From the NCBI GenBank assembly GCA_963773065.1, contig CAVYZN010000028.1:67117-131116 (forward strand): 64,000 nucleotides of DNA, given 5' to 3'. Source of the stretch: an uncultured Gammaproteobacteria bacterium (GTDB lineage: Bacteria; Pseudomonadota; Gammaproteobacteria; UBA9214). The first letter of the stretch is position 1; each line of letters starts with the position of its first letter. Under the pieces are notes generated by a model. That model ran no database searches. It had not been told where the DNA came from and saw only the letters and a list, made by a program, of their open reading frames with translations. Below, one piece after another: positions 55,786-64,000 of the stretch. The translations under genes and the position numbers were made by a program.

Positions 55786-58192
55786 CTGATCTTTACCTAC
55801 ATCTTTTCAGAGCACAAGGAAATCGAGGGCATGGTGGCAAATTTGATTTTAGATTTTCAGGTAGCCGCAGCCCCATGGTAGAGATCATACGCGCGTTCGA
55901 TATCGGCCAATCGCGCCATGCCGCGCCAGAGTACTTCCGTGCCCGGATGACCATCGCCCCTGCGTCCGAGATGACCTCCGAGCTTGCCCAGCAGTCGCAC
56001 GGCTTCATTCAGGTTTGGCGGCAACTCGGGCGGCGTTTTGGTTTTGTTCACGAAGGTGATCAACGCACGCCACTCCGAGTCGGTGAAGTACACGGTGCAG
56101 GGCACCTCGGGGGTGTGCTCGCCAAGCAGGGTCAGATAGAAGATGCGCCACGCCACGATGAGATCGATTGCCAGGCAGTTGCTCAGACGGTGGCTGTTCT
56201 CCAGTTGCCGCGCCTCGACGCGACAACCGCTCTTGAGGATACGGTGATAGACCTCGATGCCCCAGCGGCGCGCATACCAAGCCAGACGTTGGAACGCGTC
56301 GTCCTTGTGCTTCACCTCCACTGTGGTGAGCAGCATCCATTCCAGGGCGTCCACTCCATCCGGCGGATCGATCTCCTGGGCCAGCACCGCCCACACCGGC
56401 ACCGGCGCCAGTTGGGGGCGGCGCGCCGGGGGCTTGAGGACAACAGCGGCCGCGCGCACCGCCAAGCGTGCCTGACGTGCCGCCCGTTTCTCATTCGGCG
56501 GGATCAGCAACTCGCGCTCGCCGATGACGGGTTGTTGCTCCAGCACCCGCCACAGCGGCTCATGGGTGTCTTCATCACCGAGGACTTGGCGGTTGCGCGA
56601 GCGCTCGGCGCGGATCAGCAACTGCGCCCCATGCGCCGTCCTGGCCTGCGCGGCGAACACTTCGTGGATATCCGCCTCGCGATCGGCCATCACCACCAGT
56701 ACGGTGTTGCGGCAACGCTTCTGCACCGCCGAGACCGCCTGATAGCTCTCCACCCACTTGAAGCTCTCTTTGTCCTCGATGGGTTTGCTGTGGCGCTCAT
56801 GACGGCTGCCAATTCCCGTGCGAGCCCAGCATTGCAGGTCCAGCAGCCTCAACGGCGTGCCCTCGGGGATGAACGCCAGCGTGTCGTGCACCATCAGCCC
56901 TCGCACCTGCTCGCTGTCGGTGCCGATCGGTCCCAGACCGTCGGTATGGGGATGGGTGCTGTAATTGAGTGTGGTGGTGTCCTGTGCCACCAGCACCAGA
57001 GGCGCCTCACGCACGCGCGCCTCGGTGGCCGCGTAATGCGACGTCAGGATCGCCGGCCACCGCACGTTTTCGTTGTCCAGAAACCGGTACGCCGCCTTGG
57101 CCGCCATCGCCGAGCCACAGGCCTGGGGAATGTTCGCCGTCGGCTTGTCGTAGAACATGCCGGTCATCCGCAGCAGTCTGGCGGTCAAACGCGCATCGCC
57201 CATGTTCGCTCCTCCCAGTTCCGCCTCTATCCAGTCACGCGGTGCGCGTGGCAATGGCGCGGACGCGACGCGCACCTGACCATCCGCCTCGCGACACAAT
57301 TGGCTTTGCCAAGCCCGCGACAGCGGCAGGACATACACGTCCTTGATGCTCGCCCCCGTGCCTTGCCGGCCGCGCCCTGCGCTGGTTCCGACCCACGTCC
57401 AATTCGCCGCACGGTAACAGGTTCCGGCAAAACGGCCGCGCTCCACATACGTCTCCAGCAGCACCGGAGCATACCCATACACCTGCTCCCAGTCTTGCGC
57501 CAAGCGGGCTTGGGCGTGTGCCAGCACCCACGATGCCAGACACTTCACCTGGACGCTCGGCGCAATCAGAAAACGACTGTTGTTCACTACCAGCGGGTGA
57601 TTGCGCTGGCGTGTCGCCTCGGTCCAACCGATCCAACGGTCGCGACAGTCCACGCGAAGCGCGCACGCGCTGTAGCTCAAGCCCCCGAGCCAGCCGTAAC
57701 GGCTGCTACGCACCAGATAACGCAACTGCGCACCGCACAGCGGCCCACTCTTCAGGTAATGATGCGCATCGAGCATCCCGCGCCACAGCGCCGACAAGGC
57801 GTTCGAGGTGACGCGGATAATCTCCACCTCGCCCAACTCCGCCAGCGTGCAGTGCACCTCGGCGATGGGTGGGCATGCCAGCGCTTGCCGCGCCTCCTGG
57901 AAGGCGTAGCGACGCGTAAGTGCTGGCAACTTGACCGCGCCGCGCCGATGCAGTTCCAGCAAGCTCTTGCGGCAACTCATCTCCTGCGGTCGGCCGCTCG
58001 CGTTGCGCCACTCCATCCACTCGCACACGCGCAGCGACAGTTGCCGTCGCGAAATGTTTGGCTCCGCATTCACCGTCTCGGTGATGCGCGACAGAATGTC
58101 CGGCGAAAATGTCCGTCCAGCAATCGTGACCATGCCGCAACTCTACGATACAATACGCGTTGTGTTCAGTCATTGTTATGGGTAAAGGTCAG
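55786..58192 (-). mobile_element. Complete IS4-family (IS50-like ends) element
   Basis: IRs CTGATCTTTACC and GGTAAAGGTCAG; exact 10-bp TSD CCACCAACGG at 55776-55785 and 58193-58202. Confidence 0.92.
55857..58133 (-). CDS. DUF4338 (DruA-like) domain fused to IS4/Tn5-type DDE transposase
   Basis: N-terminal HHYL..GAQLRY, RDRWIGW, NNSRFLI, ETYVE..F.GTCYRAANW..G.S.GRGR; C-terminal LGDARL, QDTT, ADREAD, RWGIE.YH.ILKSG, LGG...PG...LWRG. Confidence 0.9.
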   Translation of the reverse strand: MVTIAGRTFSPDILSRITETVNAEPNISRRQLSLRVCEWMEWRNASGRPQEMSCRKSLLELHRRGAVKLPALTRRYAFQEARQALACPPIAEVHCTLAELGEVEIIRVTSNALSALWRGMLDAHHYLKSGPLCGAQLRYLVRSSRYGWLGGLSYSACALRVDCRDRWIGWTEATRQRNHPLVVNNSRFLIAPSVQVKCLASWVLAHAQARLAQDWEQVYGYAPVLLETYVERGRFAGTCYRAANWTWVGTSAGRGRQGTGASIKDVYVLPLSRAWQSQLCREADGQVRVASAPLPRAPRDWIEAELGGANMGDARLTARLLRMTGMFYDKPTANIPQACGSAMAAKAAYRFLDNENVRWPAILTSHYAATEARVREAPLVLVAQDTTTLNYSTHPHTDGLGPIGTDSEQVRGLMVHDTLAFIPEGTPLRLLDLQCWARTGIGSRHERHSKPIEDKESFKWVESYQAVSAVQKRCRNTVLVVMADREADIHEVFAAQARTAHGAQLLIRAERSRNRQVLGDEDTHEPLWRVLEQQPVIGERELLIPPNEKRAARQARLAVRAAAVVLKPPARRPQLAPVPVWAVLAQEIDPPDGVDALEWMLLTTVEVKHKDDAFQRLAWYARRWGIEVYHRILKSGCRVEARQLENSHRLSNCLAIDLIVAWRIFYLTLLGEHTPEVPCTVYFTDSEWRALITFVNKTKTPPELPPNLNEAVRLLGKLGGHLGRRGDGHPGTEVLWRGMARLADIERAYDLYHGAAAT

Positions 58193-58264
58193 CCACCAAC
58201 GGGGCGGGATTGAAGGGGCGGTGCAGATAACGGGGCTGAATAAAACTCCCCAGGCAACCTTGCG

Positions 58265-58398
58265 CGGACAATATAACGGTCATCACAAGGACGTCTATAT
58301 GCCTATCTAATTGATTTATAGGAACAATAAGGTGAATCCAATGCAGACAAAACAGCGGACATGAAGCCGGACATTTACACGGACATTTTTCCGGTCAT
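58265..58398 (+). repeat. 12-bp-phased CGG(A/T)CA(T/A) direct repeats upstream of fic
   Basis: Copies start at 58265, 58277 and 58356, 58368, 58380, 58392; a further copy at 58480 overlaps the ATG. Confidence 0.65.
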
Positions 58399-58484
58399 AT
58401 ACATCGTTATTTTAGATTAACAACGTAGTAATACTATGTTATATATAATGTAGTTTAACTACATAACCGCACATATAATCGGAC

Positions 58485-59699
58485 ATGGAAGAAGACATTT
58501 CAGAGGTCATAGACAGGGATGAAACGGTTTCGTTGATGGAGCCGGTGCTGATATCCGGCACCTCAAAATATCGTGGACCGCTGAGTGACCTGGCACTGGA
58601 ACTGGCCGCTCAGTCCGCACGCTTACGGGGAAGCCTCCCCAAGTATGCCCAGCATTCCCTCGCCGATCTGGTCCGGGCCATGAACTGCTATTACAGCAAC
58701 CTGATTGAAGGGCACGACACCCACCCGGTCGATATTGAGCGGGCGCTCAAAAACGATTACAGCACGAACACGAAACAACGTAATTTGCAGCTTGAAGCCA
58801 AAGCGCATATTACGGTTCAAGAATGGATTGATAAAGGCGGCCTCAAGGATCACGCAACGAGTGTGGAGGGCTTGCGCGAAATTCACAGACGCTTTTGCGA
58901 GCTGCTGCCAGAGGAACTGCGATGGGCAGAAAACCCGGAAAACGGTGAGCGCATGGAGATTGTACCGGGCGAACTGCGGCAGCGTGATGTGAAGGTCGGA
59001 CGACACATCCCCATCAGCCCCGGTGCCCTGCCCCGTTTTATGGAACGCTTCGAGGACGCCTATCGCGGCCTTGGCAAAACAGAAACAATCTTTGCCTCTG
59101 CCACCGCGCATCACAGAATGCTGTGGATTCACCCGTTTCTTGACGGCAATGGCCGCGTGGCCCGCCTGATGTCCTATGCCATGCTCCTGGATGTTTTGGA
59201 TACGGGCGGTATCTGGTCCATTGCGCGCGGCCTGGCCAGAAATGAAGGACTGTATAAGAACCATCTTACCGCGTGTGACCTGACACGCCGCAATGATCTG
59301 GATGGACGGGGCAACTTGAGCGAAGAATCTCTGGCCGATTTTACCCGATTCTTTCTTGAAATCTGCATCGATCAAGTCAAATTCATGGAAGAGCTGGTCG
59401 CCCCGGACAAACTTCGTACACGCATCCTTTCCTGGGCAAACGAAGAAATCCGCACCAAGGCCCTCCCACCGCAGTCGGCAACTATTCTGGAAAGGATTTT
59501 GTATCAGGGCGAGCTTGCGCGCGATGAGATCGCGCTGATGTTCGATGTTGGGGAGCGGCAAACAAGGCGCTATGTCGAGCCATTAGCCGAACTTGGCGTA
59601 TTGGTTTCAGAGACGATACGCGCCCCCTATCATCTCGCCTTCCCGGCCACACTCGCACCGCAATGGATGCCGGGGCTGTTCCCGGAGAAACGCACATAA
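58485..59699 (+). CDS. Fic-family protein with C-terminal winged-helix
   Basis: YYSNLIEG inhibitory-like helix, HPFLDGNGRVAR catalytic motif, C-terminal GELAR..ERQTRR..LAELGVL. Confidence 0.92.
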   Translation: MEEDISEVIDRDETVSLMEPVLISGTSKYRGPLSDLALELAAQSARLRGSLPKYAQHSLADLVRAMNCYYSNLIEGHDTHPVDIERALKNDYSTNTKQRNLQLEAKAHITVQEWIDKGGLKDHATSVEGLREIHRRFCELLPEELRWAENPENGERMEIVPGELRQRDVKVGRHIPISPGALPRFMERFEDAYRGLGKTETIFASATAHHRMLWIHPFLDGNGRVARLMSYAMLLDVLDTGGIWSIARGLARNEGLYKNHLTACDLTRRNDLDGRGNLSEESLADFTRFFLEICIDQVKFMEELVAPDKLRTRILSWANEEIRTKALPPQSATILERILYQGELARDEIALMFDVGERQTRRYVEPLAELGVLVSETIRAPYHLAFPATLAPQWMPGLFPEKRT

Positions 59700-59805
59700 C
59701 ATCGTCCCTGGAATATCACCCTGTAGCCTTCGCAGCCGCCATCACCGGACGGCTACACTCAGTGCAGTATCCCCTCTAATCGTGCCTTTTCTATAACTTC
59801 TACCA

Positions 59806-59919
59806 GAACCGCACTTTCGCCCGCAGCGCCTCGACGGTGGTGTGGATATTGTCAGTTGAGAGGGCGATGTGCTGCACCCCTTCGCCATGGTAGAGGTTCA
59901 GGTATTCCTGAATCTGCGA
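59806..59919 (-). pseudogene. Internal fragment of 4-hydroxyphenylpyruvate dioxygenase (HppD)
   Basis: Hand translation SQIQEYLNLYHGEGVQHIALSTDNIHTTVEALRAK. Confidence 0.7.
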
Positions 59920-59951
59920 GCGGCTGTCGGCCGGTGCGCATCCGCGCAGCG

Positions 59952-60299
59952 TCAGAGGCTGCGCCCGTCAAACGGCACCACCTTCAGGCCCGACACCTCG
60001 ACGCCCTCCAGGCAACGCACGTTGATGGCCGCCATCGCCTTACCGGAGCCGTCCGCGCCCTCGCCGAACGGGGCGCACCCGCATACGGGGCAGAAATGAT
60101 GGCTGATCGTGGCGGGTCCGAAACGGTAGGTGGTCAGGCTGGCCTCCGGGGTGGCAAGCTGCAGTTGCTGGCGCGGCATGAACCAGTGCAGCGAGCCGCG
60201 TTTGGCGCAGATCGAACAATTGCATTCCATCACCTGCTTTAGATCGCCCTCGACCTCGAAGGCGATGCGCCCGCAATGGCAGCTTCCCTTGTACTTCAT
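59952..60299 (-). CDS. GFA / CENP-V family protein
   Basis: GSCHCG, CNCSIC, HHFCPVCG, INVRCL, FDGRSL. Confidence 0.92.
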   Translation of the reverse strand: MKYKGSCHCGRIAFEVEGDLKQVMECNCSICAKRGSLHWFMPRQQLQLATPEASLTTYRFGPATISHHFCPVCGCAPFGEGADGSGKAMAAINVRCLEGVEVSGLKVVPFDGRSL

Positions 60300-60315
60300 C
60301 CGGTGGTTCCTCTGT

Positions 60316-60753
60316 TCAGGGCTCCTGGCCCTCTGACTGCCATTGCGCGGCGATCGTGATATGGACGAGCCCGGTCTGCCGCGCCGCGTCCATGGCCGTC
60401 ACCACGGCCTGGGTCGGCGTCTTGGCGTCGGCGTTGATGACGACGATCATCTCTTTATCGCCCTGGGTAATCTTTTGCAGGGCGCGCTTGACGGTGTTGA
60501 CCTCCCGGTTCACCACTTCCTGGCGGTCGACGTAGAAATTTCCCTCCTCGTCGATGGTGATGTCGAGCGTCTTGGCCTCCTGGTCCGGCAGTTTCTGCTG
60601 CGAGGCCTGCGGGAGATTGATGGAAATATCCGCCGTGTGCTTGAACGTCGTGGCCAGCATGAAAAAGATCAGCAGCATGAGCAGAATGTCGATGAGCGGG
60701 ATCAGCATGATCTCGGGCTCATTGCGCAGGCGCAGGCGCGGGCGCAGGTTCAT
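60316..60753 (-). CDS. exbD: Biopolymer transporter ExbD
   Basis: PLIDILLMLLIFFM, INLPQA, INAD...VVTAMDAA. Confidence 0.88.
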   Translation of the reverse strand: MNLRPRLRLRNEPEIMLIPLIDILLMLLIFFMLATTFKHTADISINLPQASQQKLPDQEAKTLDITIDEEGNFYVDRQEVVNREVNTVKRALQKITQGDKEMIVVINADAKTPTQAVVTAMDAARQTGLVHITIAAQWQSEGQEP

Positions 60754-61430
60754 TTCTTGGCCGCCAGCGATTCGCGCAATGGCGATTGAGCCGAACCTTG
60801 CTTGTGGGCCGGCGCGGCTTCGCGTTCCCGCTCACCCTGCAACACTTCCACCATCTTGATCGCCTCCTGCTCCATCGACATGGCGATTTCATCGACCAAA
60901 CCCTGGAAATAGCGATAGAAAATCAGCGAGGGGATCGCCACCGCCAGACCGGAGGCGGTCGCGATCATGATCTTCGAGATGCCGGCGCCGAGCGCCTGCG
61001 GATTGCCGACGCCGTGGGTGGTCATGCTGGAGAACACTTCCATCAGACCGACCACCGAGCCGAGCAGCCCGAGCAGCGGCGCCACCGCGGCGATGGTGCC
61101 AAGGGTATTGAGAAAGCGCTCCATCTCGTGCACTTCCATGCGCCCCGCCTCCTCGATACTTTCCTTCATCACGGTGCGGGTATGATGACGGTTCATCAGG
61201 CCGGCGGCGAGTACGCGCCCGAGCGGCGAGCTTTCCCGCAATACGCGGATCGACTCGTTCGTCAGTTCGTTCTTCTTGTACCAGTTCCAGATCTGCGCCA
61301 CGACGTACTTGGGTAGGATTTTGCCGCGCCGCAGCGCCCAGAAGCGCTCGGTGATGATGGCGATGGAAATAACCGAACACAGGATGAGCGGCCACATGAG
61401 CCATCCACCCGCTTTTATGATTTCATACAC
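60750..61430 (-). CDS. exbB: MotA/TolQ/ExbB proton channel protein
   Basis: GGWLMWPL, LGTIAAVAPLLGLLG, GIS..TA.GL.VAIP. Confidence 0.85.
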   Translation of the reverse strand: MYEIIKAGGWLMWPLILCSVISIAIITERFWALRRGKILPKYVVAQIWNWYKKNELTNESIRVLRESSPLGRVLAAGLMNRHHTRTVMKESIEEAGRMEVHEMERFLNTLGTIAAVAPLLGLLGSVVGLMEVFSSMTTHGVGNPQALGAGISKIMIATASGLAVAIPSLIFYRYFQGLVDEIAMSMEQEAIKMVEVLQGEREREAAPAHKQGSAQSPLRESLAAKK

Positions 61431-61585
61431 GGCGCTGATCCTTAATTAATCGTCAGTGGGAGTCACGGAGGATGCGACAATGTAACAAACTCACCCCGGC
61501 GCGAAAAGCGGCCCGGCCGGTTGTTTATGGCAACCATCAGAACACATTGAAACAATGGAACAAATTATAAAGGGAACCGTCTGGT

Positions 61586-61734
61586 ATGGCACTTACTCAA
61601 GGGAAACTCCGGAAAACCGTCATTCCGGCCGGAGCGCAGCGCAGAGCCGGAATCCAGAAATTCATGAACCTTCCTGGATTCCCGTTCCGCGGGAATGACG
61701 AAAAATTCGGACTCTTGCTTTATGTTAGTGCCAT
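61586..61734. repeat. MITE-like element enclosing a REP-like CGTCATTCC...GGAATGACG palindrome
   Basis: Ends ATGGCACTTA and TTAGTGCCAT (9/10 inverted); inner arms cgtcattcc/ggaatgacg and gaatccag/ctggattc; related GTCATTCCCGCG at ~5423 and ~16559. Confidence 0.55.
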
Positions 61735-61754
61735 TTCACAATGTCCCCGTTTTC

Positions 61755-63411
61755 TCAGTTCGTCCCCAGCGCCTGGGTCAGGATCTCCTGCGCCTGGGCG
61801 ACGATGGCCTCGAGGTGCGCCGCGTCCTTGAAGCTCTCGGCGTAGAGCTTGTAGACGTTCTCGGTGCCGGAGGGGCGCGCGGCGAACCAGCCGCCGGATG
61901 AGACCACCTTGAGTCCGCCGATGCCGGCGTCGTTGCCGGGGGCGCGGGTGAGCTTCGCGGTGATCGGGTCGCCCGCCAGCGTCGTGGCGCTCACGCGCTC
62001 GGGCGTCAGCTTGCGGAAGGCCGGCTTCTGTTCGGGGCTGGCGGGCGCGTCGATGCGGGTGTAGTACGGCGTGCCGAACCGGTCGGTGAGCGCGCGGTAG
62101 TGCACGCCGGGATCCTCGCCGGTCACGGCCCGGATCTCGGCGGCGAGCAGGCCGAGGATGATGCCGTCCTTGTCGGTGGTCCAGACGCGGCCGTCGCGGC
62201 GCAGGAAGCTCGCCCCGGCGCTCTCCTCGCCGCCGAAGCACAGCGTGCCCGGCGTACAGGCCGGGAGAAAACCATTTGAAACCGACCGGCACCTCATAGA
62301 CTTGCCTCCCCAGCGCCGTCACCACGCGGTCGATGAGCGCGCTGCTCACCAGGGTCTTGCCCACCGTCGCCGTCGCGGGCCAGTGCGGGCGGTGGCGGAT
62401 GAGGTAATCGATGGCCACGGCGAGATAATGATTGGGGTTCATCAACCCCGCGGCCGGCGTCACGATGCCGTGGCGGTCGGTGTCGGCATCGTTGCCCCAG
62501 GCGATGTCGAAGCGGTCCTTGAGTTTCACCAGGTTGGCCATGGCGTAGGGGCTCGAACAGTCCATGCGGATCTGGCCGTCGTGGTCGAGGGTCATGAAGC
62601 CGAAGGTCGGGTCCACCCTGGGGTTGACCACGGTGAGGTTAAGACCGTAGTGCGCGGCGATGCGCGGCCAGTAGGCCACGGCCGCGCCGCCGAGCGGATC
62701 GACGCCGATGGTAAGACCGGCGTCGCGCACCGCGTCCATGTCGATCACGGTATCGAGGTCGGCGACGTACGGCCCGACGAGGTCCTCCGGATGGATGTGC
62801 GCCGTCTGGATCGCGGCGGCATAGTCCATCCGCCTGACGCCGGCGTTGCCCGCGCCCAGCAGTTCGTTGGCGCGCGCCTCGATCCAGTCGGTGACGTCGG
62901 TGTCGGCCGGACCGCCGTGCGGCGGGTTGTACTTGATACCGCCGTCGGCCGGCGGATTGTGCGAGGGCGTCACCACGACGCCGTCCGCGCGGCCCTCGCT
63001 GCGCTCGCCGTGCTCGCGGTTGTACACCAGGATGGCGCGCGAGATGGCCGGCGTCGGCGTAAAGCCGTCATCGGCCTGGATCACCGTCTCCACGCCATTG
63101 GCGGCGAGCACCGCGAGCGCGTCGCGCTGCGCGGGCCCCGACAGCGCGTGGGTGTCCTTGCCGAGAAACAGCGGACCGCCGATGCCCTGGGCGCGGCGGT
63201 AGTCGCAGATCGCCTGGGTGATGGCGAGGATGTGGTCGCGGTTGAAGCTGCCGCGCAGCGCGCTGCCGCGGTGGCCGCTGGTGCCGAAGCTCACCCGCTG
63301 GTTGGGATCCTGCCGATCCGGCGTGCGCTCGCAATAGGCGCGCTCGAGCGCCGCGACGTCGATCAGGCTGCCGGCGGGTGCGGGCTGCCCCGCCTGGGGG
63401 TGTATCGCCAT
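61755..63411 (-). CDS. pgm: Phosphoglucomutase; frameshift near 62260
   Basis: [57 protein letters not shown]. Confidence 0.93.
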
Positions 63412-63448
63412 GTATTACCTCCTTGGTGTTGGCCTGAAAGCAATAAAC

Positions 63449-63533
63449 TCACCGCAAAGGCGCAAAGTTCGCGAAGAAACTTGTTAACAAAAAACAATTA
63501 ATTGGCTTTGCGTTCTTTGCGTCTTTGCGGTGA
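63449..63533. repeat. Intergenic inverted repeat built from 9-bp-phased CGCAAAG units
   Basis: tcaccgcaaaggcgcaaagttcgcgaag ... ctttgcgttctttgcgtctttgcggtga. Confidence 0.65.
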
Positions 63534-63593
63534 AAATGGTGTTTATGGATGGCCACTCTTCAGAAATTCCTTAGCGACATTTTCCGTTCAGCG

Positions 63594-64000
63594 TCAGGCG
63601 CCGGCGAGGCCGCCGATCTCGCCAAAGTCGCGCACCTGGGGGTGGGCGGCCTGCGGATCAAGCGCGCCGTCGCGCACCACCCACACGGTCCGCCAACCCG
63701 CGCCGGCGGCCGCGTCGAGTTCGCCCCGCACGTCCGAGAGGAACAGGATTTCCTGCGGGCGCGACGCCGATGTCCGCGGCGATGGCGCGATACGAGCCGG
63801 TCTCCAGCTTGCCCCCGACGTCGTGTCGAAGTAGTCGGTCGAACAGCGGCGTCAGGTCGCCGAACCCGTATAGGCGAACAGCAGTTGCTGCGCCTGCACC
63901 GAACCCGAGGAATAGACGTAGAGGGCGAGACCGCGCGCATGCCAGTCGCGCAGTGCCTGTTCCGCGTCCGCGTAGACGTGGCCCTCAAAGTCGCCGTTGC
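63594..64000 (-). CDS. mtnC: Acireductone synthase / enolase-phosphatase E1, partial and frameshifted
   Basis: GHVYADA..L..W...[35 protein letters not shown]. Confidence 0.85.

Noticed and set aside
58265-58398. CRISPR array
   Set aside because: 7-bp cores with 5-bp spacers are far too short, and there are no cas genes; no CRISPR-like array seen anywhere in the window

Overview
GC-rich bacterial chromosomal window, most consistent with a Gammaproteobacterium (inferred from efpL, uup, tesA-ybbAP, exbBD and a DsrC/TusE-family gene). Many long genes carry single-base frameshifts (uup, PD40 protein, M1/M28 peptidase, cusB, multicopper oxidase, DUF4105, pgm, mtnC). These look more like long-read consensus indels than real pseudogenes. 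Core-like blocks: cspA, slyD-efpL, uup, tesA-ybbAP, kup, hflKC, cusBA, exbBD, pgm, mtnC. Envelope modules of unclear function: ChaN-PDZ / M1-M28-PDZ / PD40; FHA-kinase-PP2C; DUF3015-DUF4105-lipoprotein hydrolase; and a ~1,600-aa secreted multicopper oxidase preceded by a sigma54 promoter and two TGT-N11-ACA boxes. A mobile-element-rich zone spans ~46-60 kb: a complete IS1634 inserted in an ABC transporter gene, tandem ArsM-like genes, an integron TA cassette whose upstream attC carries a probable group IIC intron remnant, a 5'-truncated ISCR/IS91 element with oriIS, a complete IS4 element with a DUF4338-transposase fusion and 10-bp TSD, and a Fic gene with 12-bp-phased upstream repeats. Numerous orphan gene fragments are scattered between genes. 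No rRNA, tRNA or CRISPR array was seen. All family assignments come from motif recognition by eye; no database searches were run.
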